Positions 28,101-40,140 of a stretch of DNA of 64,000 bases are shown here, piece after piece (position 1 is the first letter of the stretch; each line of letters begins with the position of its first letter). The stretch covers positions 43,028,001 to 43,092,000 of the forward strand of contig OZ365110.1 of NCBI GenBank assembly GCA_977030845.1, written 5' to 3'. The notes below the pieces were generated by a model, which was not told the DNA's origin, searched no databases, and saw only the letters and a program-made list of their open reading frames with translations. The position numbers and the translations under genes were made by a program. Origin of the DNA: Fimbriosthenelais zetlandica. Taxonomy: Eukaryota.

Positions 28101-31100
28101 AAGTTCTGGTTCCTACAGATACTAAGGAAGTGGTATATACAAGCTTCATGTGATCATCATGAATAAGCAATTGGTTGCTTTAATATGGAGGGATGGGCTG
28201 GAATATCCATGCTAAGAGAAGACAGTTTGATGGGGGGAGTTGAGTATGAGGCCATCCCCTATATATACAGTAAGATGGTGAGCAGTCACTTGCAGGGAAA
28301 AGCTGGGTTGATCCATGCCAGGGAATGGTGCTCATCCTACCCAGGAGCTAGATCCCTTTTTATCTGCATCTATATTGTGAGTGATTGGCTTACTCCAGCT
28401 ACGCCAAGGATCAGTGCTCCGTGAATATACGAGGGAGGGATGAGTAACAATGTTGCAGCATCAGATAATTTCCTTATCGTGCCTCTCTGTAATTGCAAAT
28501 ACCTTATAAGGTATAAGAATGATATTCCACGCCGGAGAGAGGAACAGAGGAAGAGAATAATCCATGGTTTCAGGACTTGGAATAAATTCTCTGATCCTCC
28601 TCTGTGTCCACCAAATGACCCTGAAAAAAGATTTGGCCAATGTTCTATGCAATTGCCTTGAGTATTGAAGGACCTGGATTCTTTCCCTTTCCCTTCCTTC
28701 TCCTCCAATACTTAATCCATATCTTTTCTTACCTAATGCCTGTGTCTTCCCTGCAAGATTTATGTTTGGATTAGACAGAGTTATCAAGACGGGATCCATT
28801 ACCACTGGCTCTTATTATTTTATTACAGTATGCCAAGGGATTGGCCTCCCATTCTCTCATGGTTTTTCCATAGCCACTGATTCTGAGAACCAAATAATTA
28901 TCCACGATCGCTCCCAGAAGACATAATTGGGTCGAGCGGCCTGATCGGCCTTTCTAATCTCCATAAAGGCATTGATTATTACAATTTATGACCCTCGATA
29001 TTGATACCCCTGCTGTATACGGTAGCAGGGTATTATGCCACTGCATTAACAATATAATGATAAATCAGGAAAGCATTTTAGAGGGGCAGGCATTGGTGAG
29101 CTGAGGGGGTTTCCTGCTGAAGTGTCTCAGGGAGTCGGATGGCCCTCAAGGGGAGGTGGTCTCACTTCTAGGGGGCTCCTAGTAGCTAACCATAGTGTAG
29201 GCCTGAGTGGGGGGAGCCATCAGTGTGCTATGTAAAAGCAGGGATCATCCATTGATCCGTGGAGCACCTGGAGGATATGGGGTAAGGTTGGAACTGGCTG
29301 CCCTGAGGACGTCAGCTGGTCTTCCTCCCACCATAGAGAGCAAGCAGTGCTATATGGGCCAGCATTGCCTCCCATCTACCCATACCTCATCTATAACGTC
29401 CGCAAAAAGGGCCCAGAGGGAACTCTAATCGACCGGCTACTTACTGTATGGGCGATCCACACTGGTAATGAGGAATCTCTGCGGAAACTCGTTGCTTTAA
29501 TTTCTTTCATTATTGGGTTTTGTGAGCTGCTCCCTGGCTTTGATTTATCACTTAAGGTCTCGCTGCTCTGCTCACACTACTTCCTATGGAGGTCATAACA
29601 ATTGGCAATGATAAAATAGGCCTAGAACCCATAGATTCTCGTATTTGGCTTGAAGGCATTTTATAATTTATTTGCCTTTCCGATAGTTTTGATCATGTCC
29701 TGCATGAACTCACAAGCCCCCATCAAAAGCCTGGAGATAAATTACAGATTCCAACATACATTATGCAGGTTTGTTTGTTAGGCCAAGCTTACACATGCTG
29801 GCATCAGTAAAACAAAATGCCTATACATAATGATGGTCATATAGGCGCTCTAGATATGTTTGCTGGTAGGGTCATATCTCGTGTGGAATTATTCACTATC
29901 TGTACCACCTGCCCGTCCCTGGGACCTTCCCACCAGCCACAGTCGTTTTTATTGTCATCGGCGAATAGTATGCGACAGAGACAACGACGTGTGTGACAGG
30001 CTCAATTATGGAACAAGAGCACGAGGGTCCGCCCTGCTACCAGTATCATTCAAAAGCACAGCAATACTATAACCCTGAGATAATTGTAGAAAGCAAGAAC
30101 GTAAAATGAGCAAAAGGATCAAAGAGGAAACAGAAATGAAAACTGGGTCACGGTTTCACTCAGGAACAAAGCTTTTAGCCACTCGATGCTTTTTAAGACT
30201 TTGTGAAATATTGCTGTCATTCATAAGCGGCCTTTCTGTTCATTCACTCATGACAATGTGGTACATGCAAAAAGATGATCCATTAAATTAACTTTCAATG
30301 CTTCATTGATAATGATTAACTAGATTGGTTTGGCTCCATGAAAAAGGCAGCTGGGGAAATGCCTGTGGATGAAAGGTCTATATAGACCTAAAATAGAGTG
30401 GCATTAATGAATTATTTTCCATTTATGGACCTACAGCCATCGATAATATAGATTGAAGCAATCAGGTTCCTTTCGCAATTTGATCCAGTGAGGAATCGTA
30501 AAGAAAATAGCAAGTTAAGTGAAGTGCCTTCCCATGTCTCTGCGATGTCTTTAGCCTATTTATAAGTGGCCCCGAGCTAAAACAGAGCCTGGCCTTATTT
30601 CATAAATGGCTCATCATCAAAGACGGAGAGTCTAGCATCATCCCTCCCATGCCCTGGCTGGAGGGCAGACCTCAATGAAGGATCAATGGTTGTCTAGGTG
30701 CTTGGGAATATTAGGTCAGGAGGGTACGGCCGTCTATAGGGCAATTGATGACATGGAGGCAAGCAATGGAACACATGAATCCTCAAACCATGGCAGATAG
30801 AACCCAACAGATATGTTCCTATAAGAAATGGGAAATTAGACCTGATAGTATCAAGTCTTCCAAAGGTCATCCCTATAGCGATGAATATATTATAAACAGA
30901 CCAGACATATTATAATGGTCGTGTCCAGCTGTTGGCTGGTTTCCATTCAGGCTTCTATGTAGCAGTATGTGGCTTCCCTTCCCAGAGAAGCCACATGCTG
31001 GGCTGGCTGTTGGTGGATGCTTGTACAACAAGCTGCACAGGAAGCAGATTCACTGCCTCCTAAGTGCTTTAGGTCACGACATAGGCAGATGGACCATTTT

Positions 31101-33803
31101 TATTCGCTTTACATGACTTACACACATGCATAGTCATTCGCCTTCTATTTTATAGACTATAGAGCGGCGGGCCATTCCAATGGAAGATTTGGAACGCTTC
31201 CTATCGGGCTTGATAATATTTGAGCTTGACACGTCATCATCTCACTATTCAATGATACTGGGGATATATCATTATGTATAGCCTATTACACATTGTTATA
31301 AAGAGAACTTCTATAGAATTTACAGATATTCATCCATTAGGTAGGGCCTATATCTATATTCAACATGTATTTAAGCTATGAAGAGTATTTTTTTTTAGTT
31401 TTACTTGGATCAGTTTTATCAAGAGGAACAAGCCTTTGATTTATGTCCTCAGGCAAATTGACACGTGTGAGGAAAAAAAGATTCACAAGGTGAGTAGTTA
31501 TCATTAAATGCCTCATCCATAAAGTGACAGCATATATCTATCAGGTCCTGTCCTCATACATGGCCGTGACATAGCCCTTATTCAAGAGGCACTCATTCAA
31601 CAGGCTCCTCCCTTAAACACTGGTGTTTAGATAAGAGAGGAGGGGAGGGGACCCCCCATGCACCCTGAGCATAATAACACTGTGGTGTGCTTTCAGTAGG
31701 TATAGGAATCAGCTTTTGGCACCATTATGAAATATTAAGTTGCTCAGTGGTCAGGAAGATAGCCTGGGGATAGTGTGGAGAAATGAAAGGCTATCAAGGG
31801 GGTTAAAAGGGGTACTTTAACCCACAGCCGCCTGCAGTCTAACTCACTTACCATGGCAGTGAAAAGCGCGGATGGGAACATTGCATGTTGTGTATGAATA
31901 CTAACCCCACCAGAGTTCTTAAGTAATCTATCAGAAAACACACTAAGTGGACGTGCATGAAAAAGCACATGGTCCCCATACGAACAGGGCCACTATACAA
32001 GTATGACGATGAAATATTTATGGCGTGATGAAAAGCCAGCATTTTCAAATTGATACAGCATTGCACTTAAACGGCCATTAAATCCTAAATCGTACCCAGT
32101 CAGCCTAGGCAGCAGCTGCGCAGTTAATTTTAGGAAAGATAATGCTAGTCAGATTTTTATAGGCTCGGCACATGTGATTCATGGTAGAACCTATAATGTA
32201 TGTTCTGTTACTGTACCAAATTTGTTTTTGCTCAATATGAAACATACCAAGGTTAAACATGACACCACATACAAACACCTACCCGTAGTTTCCCTTAGAA
32301 AAATGTACAATAAATCATCGCACTGCTGATGCGGGCAGAGCAATTGGAACATCATTTAGTGAAATTCCCTCACTTGCAGGCAAGAGTGGAATTACTCTTG
32401 AAGGTGTCCTAATTACATCTATAGAGAAAATAAACATCATTAGGAATCATTATAACGCTCCACATCGATTAGATTCAGGCTGAATGTTCATATCAGCAGA
32501 GATGGCATAGTTGATTACTTTTCCTTTTTTATTGGATCTAGCAACCAGCCTACATCAATATTCACCGCCCCCCCCCCCCCCCCGACCCCCCTTCGCTGTA
32601 AAGGAACTCAAGCATTTTGATATAATGTTTTCCTTGTAAAAATACATATAGACTGGTGAAAATAGATCCCTGATAATTTGTAGATTATAAGCAATGGATG
32701 GATGGATTGGGAGTAGCAGAGTGGAACAGTGAGGGGTAGAGTGGGAAGCTGGGCCTTGGTATAGCCAGGAGATCAGCATATAAAACAAGCATATCCTATT
32801 CTGACCACGTAGGCACTGACGCAAGCAGACAGGCCCCAATCCACACTTCATGCCCCTCCACAATGTCTATTCAGATAATTTCAGGCTGCATTAAGTGCAT
32901 TGTTCCCTTCCTCTGATAGCTTTCCTTATAACCCAGTGAGTAATGGTGTCACGCCAATCTCCAATAAGGAATGATTATCGAGCAGCGACAGGGCGCAATG
33001 GTAGATAAAGACAATAAGAAATGCTCTCTTCCATGGCCCAATTAGCTATACCACTTACAGGCAGGCAGGGCTAGAGCAGCTCTCTGAAATAAAGCTGGTG
33101 GCCTGGGGCTGGGTATATATATATTTACACTAGCCCTTGTCTTGACATTTACCATATTCCTATTGACGGTGATGTAATTGTACATGGGAAGCCAGGACAA
33201 GACCTTCTTGTGGCGGTAGGGAAAAAATGGGGGATGAGGGAAGAGGGAGCAGGAGGAGGAGGAGGGGATGGGCGTGGTTGAACGTCAATAAGAAAGCAAA
33301 GGCAAAGCCTGAATCGAATCCAAGTGCATCAAAGCATCGTGTCCGTGAATAACGGTTTTCCATTGGCATCAGCTGGCATTTGAGGCTGGTGGTTTGAATG
33401 GACAGCTAGGAGAAGTTGAGGTGATACACTATAAAACAAAACGCTGAATCACCGTCAATCGGTGTACCGATATTTCCAGGAAATCAAAAGCTGGAATGTG
33501 GGTCATTCAGAATAATTATGGTTTTCTATTCTTCGATCCTTGGGGAAATTTAACTTTTTTCATTACTTGCACACGTCTTTTTTTAAAGAGAACTCAAAGG
33601 TCACTTAGGGTTTTACAGTGTATTGGATTGCCGCGGTGGTGTGGGAAGTTGGTGGAGCAGAAAGGGATCTCAGGGTTGTCTAAGTGGCTATAATGGAGAT
33701 GTATAAAGGCTGGCCAGGGTTGGAATTCCCTGTCATAAGAGGCGACAGCCACAGATTCCATATGACACTTGACCAGGAGGTCATAACGGGGGAGGAAGAG
33801 AAG

Positions 33804-34417
33804 TTGTTCCCCACCCTCAAAGAGTCAGAGTGACAGCTACCATATTGACACCAGCCATAGTCCCTCTGTCACAATCCATTACTACTTCTAATACAATATG
33901 AAGAACCATTCCTTGAACTGTATCCAATTCAGGCATGAGGAGGAGGAGGAGGGGGGGGGGGGAGGAGGAGGAGGAGGAATAATCTTGATAGCTTGTAATG
34001 TGACACTGGAAGATTAAATATCTAAATAGCTTGTTCCCCACCCTGAAAGAGTCAGAGTGACAGCCACCATACTGACACCAGCCTTAGTCCCTCTGTCACA
34101 ATCCATTCTATTTTTAATACAATATGAAGAACCATTCCGTTAACTTTCCCCAATTCAGGCTTATTGAGGAGGAGTAATCTTGATAGCTTGTAATGTGACA
34201 CTGGAAGATTAAATATCTAAATAGCTTGTTCCCCACACTGAAAGAGTCAGAGTGACAGCCACCATACTGACACAAGCCTTAGTCCCTCTGTCACAATCCA
34301 TTCTACTTCTAATACAATATGAAGAACCATTCCTTTAACTGTCTCAAATACAGGCTTATTGAGGAGCAGCAATAATCTTGAAAGTTTGTAATATGACACT
34401 GGAAGACTAAATATCTA
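33804..34417. repeat. Three diverged tandem copies of a ~195-227 bp unit
   Basis: TTGTTCCCCAC..AAAGAGTCAGAGTGACAGC starts at 33804, 34031 and 34226; the length difference comes from an internal (GAG)n/G run. Confidence 0.95.
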
Positions 34418-37400
34418 GGCCACTCTCCAGCTGGAAAGATGGTGGGAGGAGATGAGGAGTGGCCTAATCGGGTGGCAATGATATTGCATGTGCTCAACCA
34501 TCATAAAGGTCGTGGTGTGGGTTGTCTCTGTAGGTAGGCGGAGGGTGCATCTTTATCTAGTGCAACCAGCCGGCTGACACAGACAAGATCAGGATTTATT
34601 GGTACATGGCTAAAATGGCTGCCCTATGTGTACCCGGTAGATAAATAAGCCAAGTCATTTATGTGTTAATTATGCTATGCTGGGCTATACTTTTAATTAG
34701 GTTCAACATACCACACAACCCTTATCAGCTGCTCCTGTATGTGGTATCTTGTCCTACAACCCTCGTCAACAAATTTAAAGTGGCTTCCCTATGCAGAAAG
34801 CCTTTAAAAGGGCATATATATGGCCTCTTAAGTTGGCTATATATAGCCATTTAATTCCTCACATCAGATAGTCTAACTGTAGTCAAGACTGAAGATTCTG
34901 CACTGATATGATTTGAACCCATTGTATATTGTACGTTGTACGGTAATATCCAGTTTTGTATCGCCAATTCCATATACTACTTATAGATGACAAGAAGGAA
35001 AATACCACGGTACTCATAACCCATGATCAAACTGAGCGTGAAAGGGCAACCATTTTTACCCCCTATAGATTGTCATCTAATGAGGAAGGGATGGGAGATA
35101 ATGTATAGATGTGTATAGATCTATTCAGGAGGCTATAATTAGTGGTCCTGACCTGCAGCCATTTGCCTGAGTTGACCTGAGAGTCTGTATATAGATGGAC
35201 GGTTGGCACAGTTGGCGATTGTGCACACCCGAAGCAGAAGCTCCATCAACACAAAGGCAGGTAGGACCATGCTTGGCAGCCTCTTTGTTTGCCTGTTAGA
35301 CTGATGAAGCGATGGTGGGAGGGTGGGTCAGTGAATAGGGTCACTTCCGCCAACCAGTCGGGCTCTGACCCAGGAGGCCATATACCACACAAACTTGCAT
35401 CAGGCTGGGTGGATAGTATTTATAAACTGCCAGCAATTGATTTTCTTATTGTATCAGGCATACCTTTATACATGTAATTTAACATAGGAGCTCAAGGGTA
35501 CTTATTTTCAACGAGATGAAAGAAAACAGAGCATTATTATTATCATCATCAATGAAGTGGGTTCTGTATAATACACACTTGCTGGGTCAGGTTTCAATAT
35601 TATACGCATGCAGGCCATGCAGTAATGTTGGTTGACAATAGCGATCACGATTATTAATTTTTCAACTGGGCTCAGTGCATGGATGTTGGGGATCGACGGT
35701 GGTATCTGATTGCATGTTCGTTCCGAGTCTCCAGCCTGCCCCACCCCCTCAAATTTAATCAATCTAAAAGTGCCATCAGAATCTAATTATAGATCCCCCT
35801 GATGCAATCAAGATAACCCTAAGCGGGGGATATAAAAAGGCATTGTTTAGAATGAGCTACGCCATTTAATCCTATAGCTATATGGGACATTGGGGCTCCC
35901 TTGTTGAAACCTTCATTTCGCATTCATACATTATTGGATAACAACAAAAAACAGCCTCTGGCATAAATCTCAAAAGGTGTCATATGAAATGTATGCGTTA
36001 CTGTTATAGGCATTACACCCTGATGAACATTCCATAATCCCTCTTTGTATAGAAAGACATTCGATACGGCCTGCCATAATATGCATTCATTATTAGTGGG
36101 ATTGGGTTTCTTCTTCTCCATAAAATCTCATCCAGTTCTGCCTGCCTCACCTTTTGGCGTCCGCCCTCTATGCAGTGTCACATACACAGTCATACACATG
36201 TCCCCAGGGAGGAATGGCCTGGTGTCTACGTCTATTACTTGACCCCAAACGGCCATCTAATTCTTCAAAATAGATTCCCCCAAGGCTTGCCAGCCTTTGA
36301 GGGAGTCGCGACTTGCATAAGCCCATCCTGCATGTATAAGTTGTAGACACCTATTATAGGCTACATAATTGGCAAGTGTGGTGCAAATGTGAGTGGGTGG
36401 CCTGAATTTGCATGCGATGCGCCTACTATGAAAGCATGGGTCAGCAATACCTCACTTTTTTGAACAATGTAAGCTTATATCGTTTTTTTTTAAAATTTCC
36501 ATTGAGCCCCAGAAAGAGCAGCTCCCCCACTCTGCCCACCTCTTTCTTTCTCTGGGCTAGGATCACATGCACAGTCCTTGTATGCGTATCAGATATCATG
36601 CAGCATTAGCCGAAGCACAAACGGGGACTATTTTCCACAGCTCCAATCCGGCTGAGCAAACACACAGAGACACGGCCCAACCGTCTCTGGCTTGAGTGAT
36701 CGAGCGAGCAGCTCGAGAAAGGGTTTCACAACGAGAGCAGCTCGGAGCTGCCTCAATAGCTCAGGTCAGATTATATACTCAGGCATCATTGCCATAATAA
36801 GAGTCAGTAATCCCCCAGTCTTATTCCCAGTCTGTGAGCCTGGGATTTCCATGCTTATAATCCATAACCCCACACGAGCACCCTACTGATATAATATTTC
36901 ATGGGAAAAATTATTATTGTATTCGAATATATCATTTGATTTTTCATTGAAATGGTCATGGGGGTCTAATGTGAGTGGATACTAGACACGCATAGTCACA
37001 AAAATATGAAATATTTACACGAAAGAGAGCCGGACGCGAACCCATTAAACTATAGATGTAATTATAAACCTCATTAATGTGCTGGCGCTGGCTTGCGTGG
37101 GCAAGTGAGGGCCCAATGTTCGCGCTTCGCCTGACAGAAAGGATACAAGCATCTTTCTGTGAATAATTCACTCGGCTGGAGAGCTGTCTGGAATAGTGGA
37201 GAGTGCTTCTCTCCTATGATCCCCCACTGCCAGGTGAAAATTTCATTGCCAGAGGAAGGCTTGTTAAGACTGTTGTTATTTTTTGTTATCTTTCAATTCC
37301 ATTCCTTATCTATTTCTCTTTCTCACACCTTTCCTCTCAAGATCTTTCTATTTTCACAACTTCTCTTCATTTCGAAGTGCGCAGAATATCCGGATGTTCG

Positions 37401-37932
37401 CCAGAACATTCTTTATTCCCCACGGTTATGATAGACTCGTTTATAAGCGTGCACGACCTGTATGATCATATAGCGTTTTAACGCCTTATGAATTATTCAT
37501 TGCCCCATTGCACTCTAGGCCTTCTCGCCTTCTCTCCTACTCGAAAAAATATTGCATTGCACATGTATCTGTTTGATTATGAGCCTTCCACAAAATGGTT
37601 AGATATAATCTGATGGTTTCACAGAAAAAATAACAGTTTTGCATGTTGTCCCTAGCATGGAGAATCAAGCATGTTGTATCCATGCTTGTACACGCGTTGT
37701 GATGTATTAGGCCTATATTGTATGGGGATTGGAGGGGGTGGGGTGGGTGGGGGGTTCGGTGAAGCATAGATAGTTAGGGGAGCAGACAGGTTGCCAGTGA
37801 GAAACATAGAACATAGGGTTTCCATAATACAGGTAAGACCTATAATAGGACATAACCTGTGCATGCAGGGGAGGGGGATGAGAGACAGGGAGGGAGATAG
37901 AGGGAAAGAGAGGGACAGAGTGGGGAGACCCG

Positions 37933-37936
<4 letters not shown>

Positions 37937-37970
<34 letters not shown>
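37937..37970. repeat. (GA)n microsatellite
   Basis: Direct inspection of the sequence. Confidence 0.95.
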
Positions 37971-37975
<5 letters not shown>

Positions 37976-39531
37976 GGGGATAGGGAGAGAGAGGGAGGGA
38001 GAGATAGGATCAGTGAGAGTAAATGTGCTCTGCACGCGCAACGCTCTGTCACTCACTCATGAGCTAATGCGTGGTGAGACGAGCACCTCGCTGAGCAATT
38101 TATAGCTCACCCGCTGTCTGTATCAAACCAGGCCAGATCTGCTCCCATCAAATCTACCAGAAAAAAAGGCCGGTGGCGTTTGTAATCAATTCCAATGAAC
38201 AGAGGGCTTTTGTCCGTGATGGGGAGACAATGGGTATCCGCTATTTACAGGCGCAATAGTGCCAGGCATTGTTTTGCTGTGTCGAATGATGGTGTCGATT
38301 GTGGAGGTGTGTTGTTGGCGAGGTGGGTCGGGGGGGGGGGGGTGGGGGTGTTTTGTATCCCACACTTTATACAGGGAAAAAATAATAAAACCATCAGACC
38401 CCTCTATATCCCCGACCTCATCCCGTCACGGACTTGAGTCGGTGGTCTGCTGGCACGGGAGGAAATGAGCTGCTCTATTTATAAAGGGGATTATTGGTAG
38501 GCATATGTGTGGCTGGCTGAAGTGGATTGGGACTGACAGGTCAGGAGAAGTGGGTCAATGGCCAGGTGGATTGGGCAGTGGAAATTGAGACTGCGGATGC
38601 TTACGTTTCCTCGACCTTTTTAAAGCTGCCCCTTCTTCCTACAGTCTTTATATATAGGCCTATATATTTTTTGGCGTTGGCGATCAAAAGTCAATATTGT
38701 TTCTTCAAGGAAAAATATGTTGGGGGGAAATAATGTTGTTTTGATCATTGGAAATCAAACAGGGCCTGTTCATACTGGGACGACTGAGAAGGAGAAGAGT
38801 CTTAAGGACCGGTTTCTAAAATAAGAAGCCCATAGGCCTACATAACCTTCTCTGGGTGAGGTCTAACTGCGTTCGTACAAGTTTTAAAAACAAATTAATC
38901 AATACACAAAATAGGCCTGCCTATGGTAGCCTAACAATAGGCCTAAATTTAGAAATCTCACATAAAACATCAAACATCAATATCTACCAATTGATAGGCT
39001 AATCACTGAAGATGTTTTATGTTTAATGATTCAACATAGCATATTTCTTCATGGTGTCAGTGTGCTCACATTTCTTCTAATAATTCCTGCATTGCCAACA
39101 TTTCCAACTTTTCCTAAATGTATGGGTTTTCCTGATTTTTTCTGCCACGAGCGAGCTCTGATTTTGCAATGGCCCAATCCAGTTTTCAGAGAAAGAAATG
39201 ATAGCCTAATGTGGCGCACAGGATAGGCCTAGACCCTATTTCCTAAATTCAATGTGTAAACTTATTTGTAAACTTAGCCTATTAGCATGCACAAAGAGCA
39301 TTAGGCCTACCTGTTATAACCTGGGTCTGATGTATAGATCTGGGTTTCGAGATATGGCTTCATCGATATGTCTATTTTTCCTGTGTGCCTCTCCACCTTG
39401 ATAGGTCTAGGGCCTAACACATATATGGCTTTTCCATTCTTCATATAACTCCAAACCATGGCACATAGGCCTACTCGGGACTCCAGCTGATGTAGGCCTG
39501 GCTTGTGAACTAGTAGGCCCTATAGACCTAC

Positions 39532-39775
39532 GTTTTCTTCACGGCACATGAAGCTGACAGGCTTTACTAAGGCTGTTTTCAAGTGTTTTCAGGAAACAAC
39601 TCGGTCTCAGATGTTCCTTTGTCACACGGCTATCAACAAAATGTCGAGAACATATCCTTGTCCAATCGTCTTGTCTCTTGACGGTCAAATCCATGCCCTG
39701 TTCTCACGGTCATCTTTCGGGAATGAAAGAAATGTTATCCAGGCACCATACAGTTGTGATACACAATAATTCACG
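39532..39775 (-). pseudogene. Frameshifted THAP zinc-finger domain relic (transposon-type first coding exon)
   Basis: Minus-strand fragments in shifting frames: HNCMVPG*; ITFLSFPKDDRENRAWI*; VKRQDDWTRICSRHFVDSRVTKEHLRPSCF (ICSRHF at 39638-39655). These give the THAP signature C..C / FP / W / CSxHF / P. A donor AAC|GTAGGT follows at 39531. Confidence 0.72.
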
Positions 39776-39829
39776 GAATTTTATACCAAATAATTGGTCC
39801 AAAACGAGAGAAATGTCGACTAGTGTTGC

Positions 39830-40140
39830 AGTAGGGCGGGACAGTTCTCGCGGTTTCTACTTCCGGTCTGTGACGCTGGGGATTTAAACAAACCCCGGCC
39901 GCCATTACTGGATTGGATCGAAGACAATTTTTCGGATTTTAAGACTTTTCACTTAAAGTCTTGAATAGTAGGCTAAGTAACTACAAACTGTTTATATGCT
40001 TAAATAAAACTTAAATAAATGCCTCCCTATGGGCCCACGTGTTTCAAACTTCCGGAGTCAACAACGTAACTTTTTTTACCTCCAGTAGCGGAGAGTTCGC
40101 CACCAGTCAATCATGTGTGCAACTCCCGCCCCGACGGCTG
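39830..40140. promoter_or_regulatory. CpG-rich housekeeping-type promoter core
   Basis: GC boxes 39834-39840 and 40125-40132; ETS ACTTCCGG at 39859-39866 and 40048-40055; YY1-like GGCCGCCATT 39897-39906; ATTGG (CCAAT) 39912-39916; CACGTG 40036-40041. Confidence 0.6.

Noticed and set aside
30963-31000. 14-bp hairpin (CAGTATGTGGCTTC...GAAGCCACATGCTG) as a pre-miRNA.
   Set aside because: The stem is too short for a pre-miRNA and I recognise no known mature miRNA in it.
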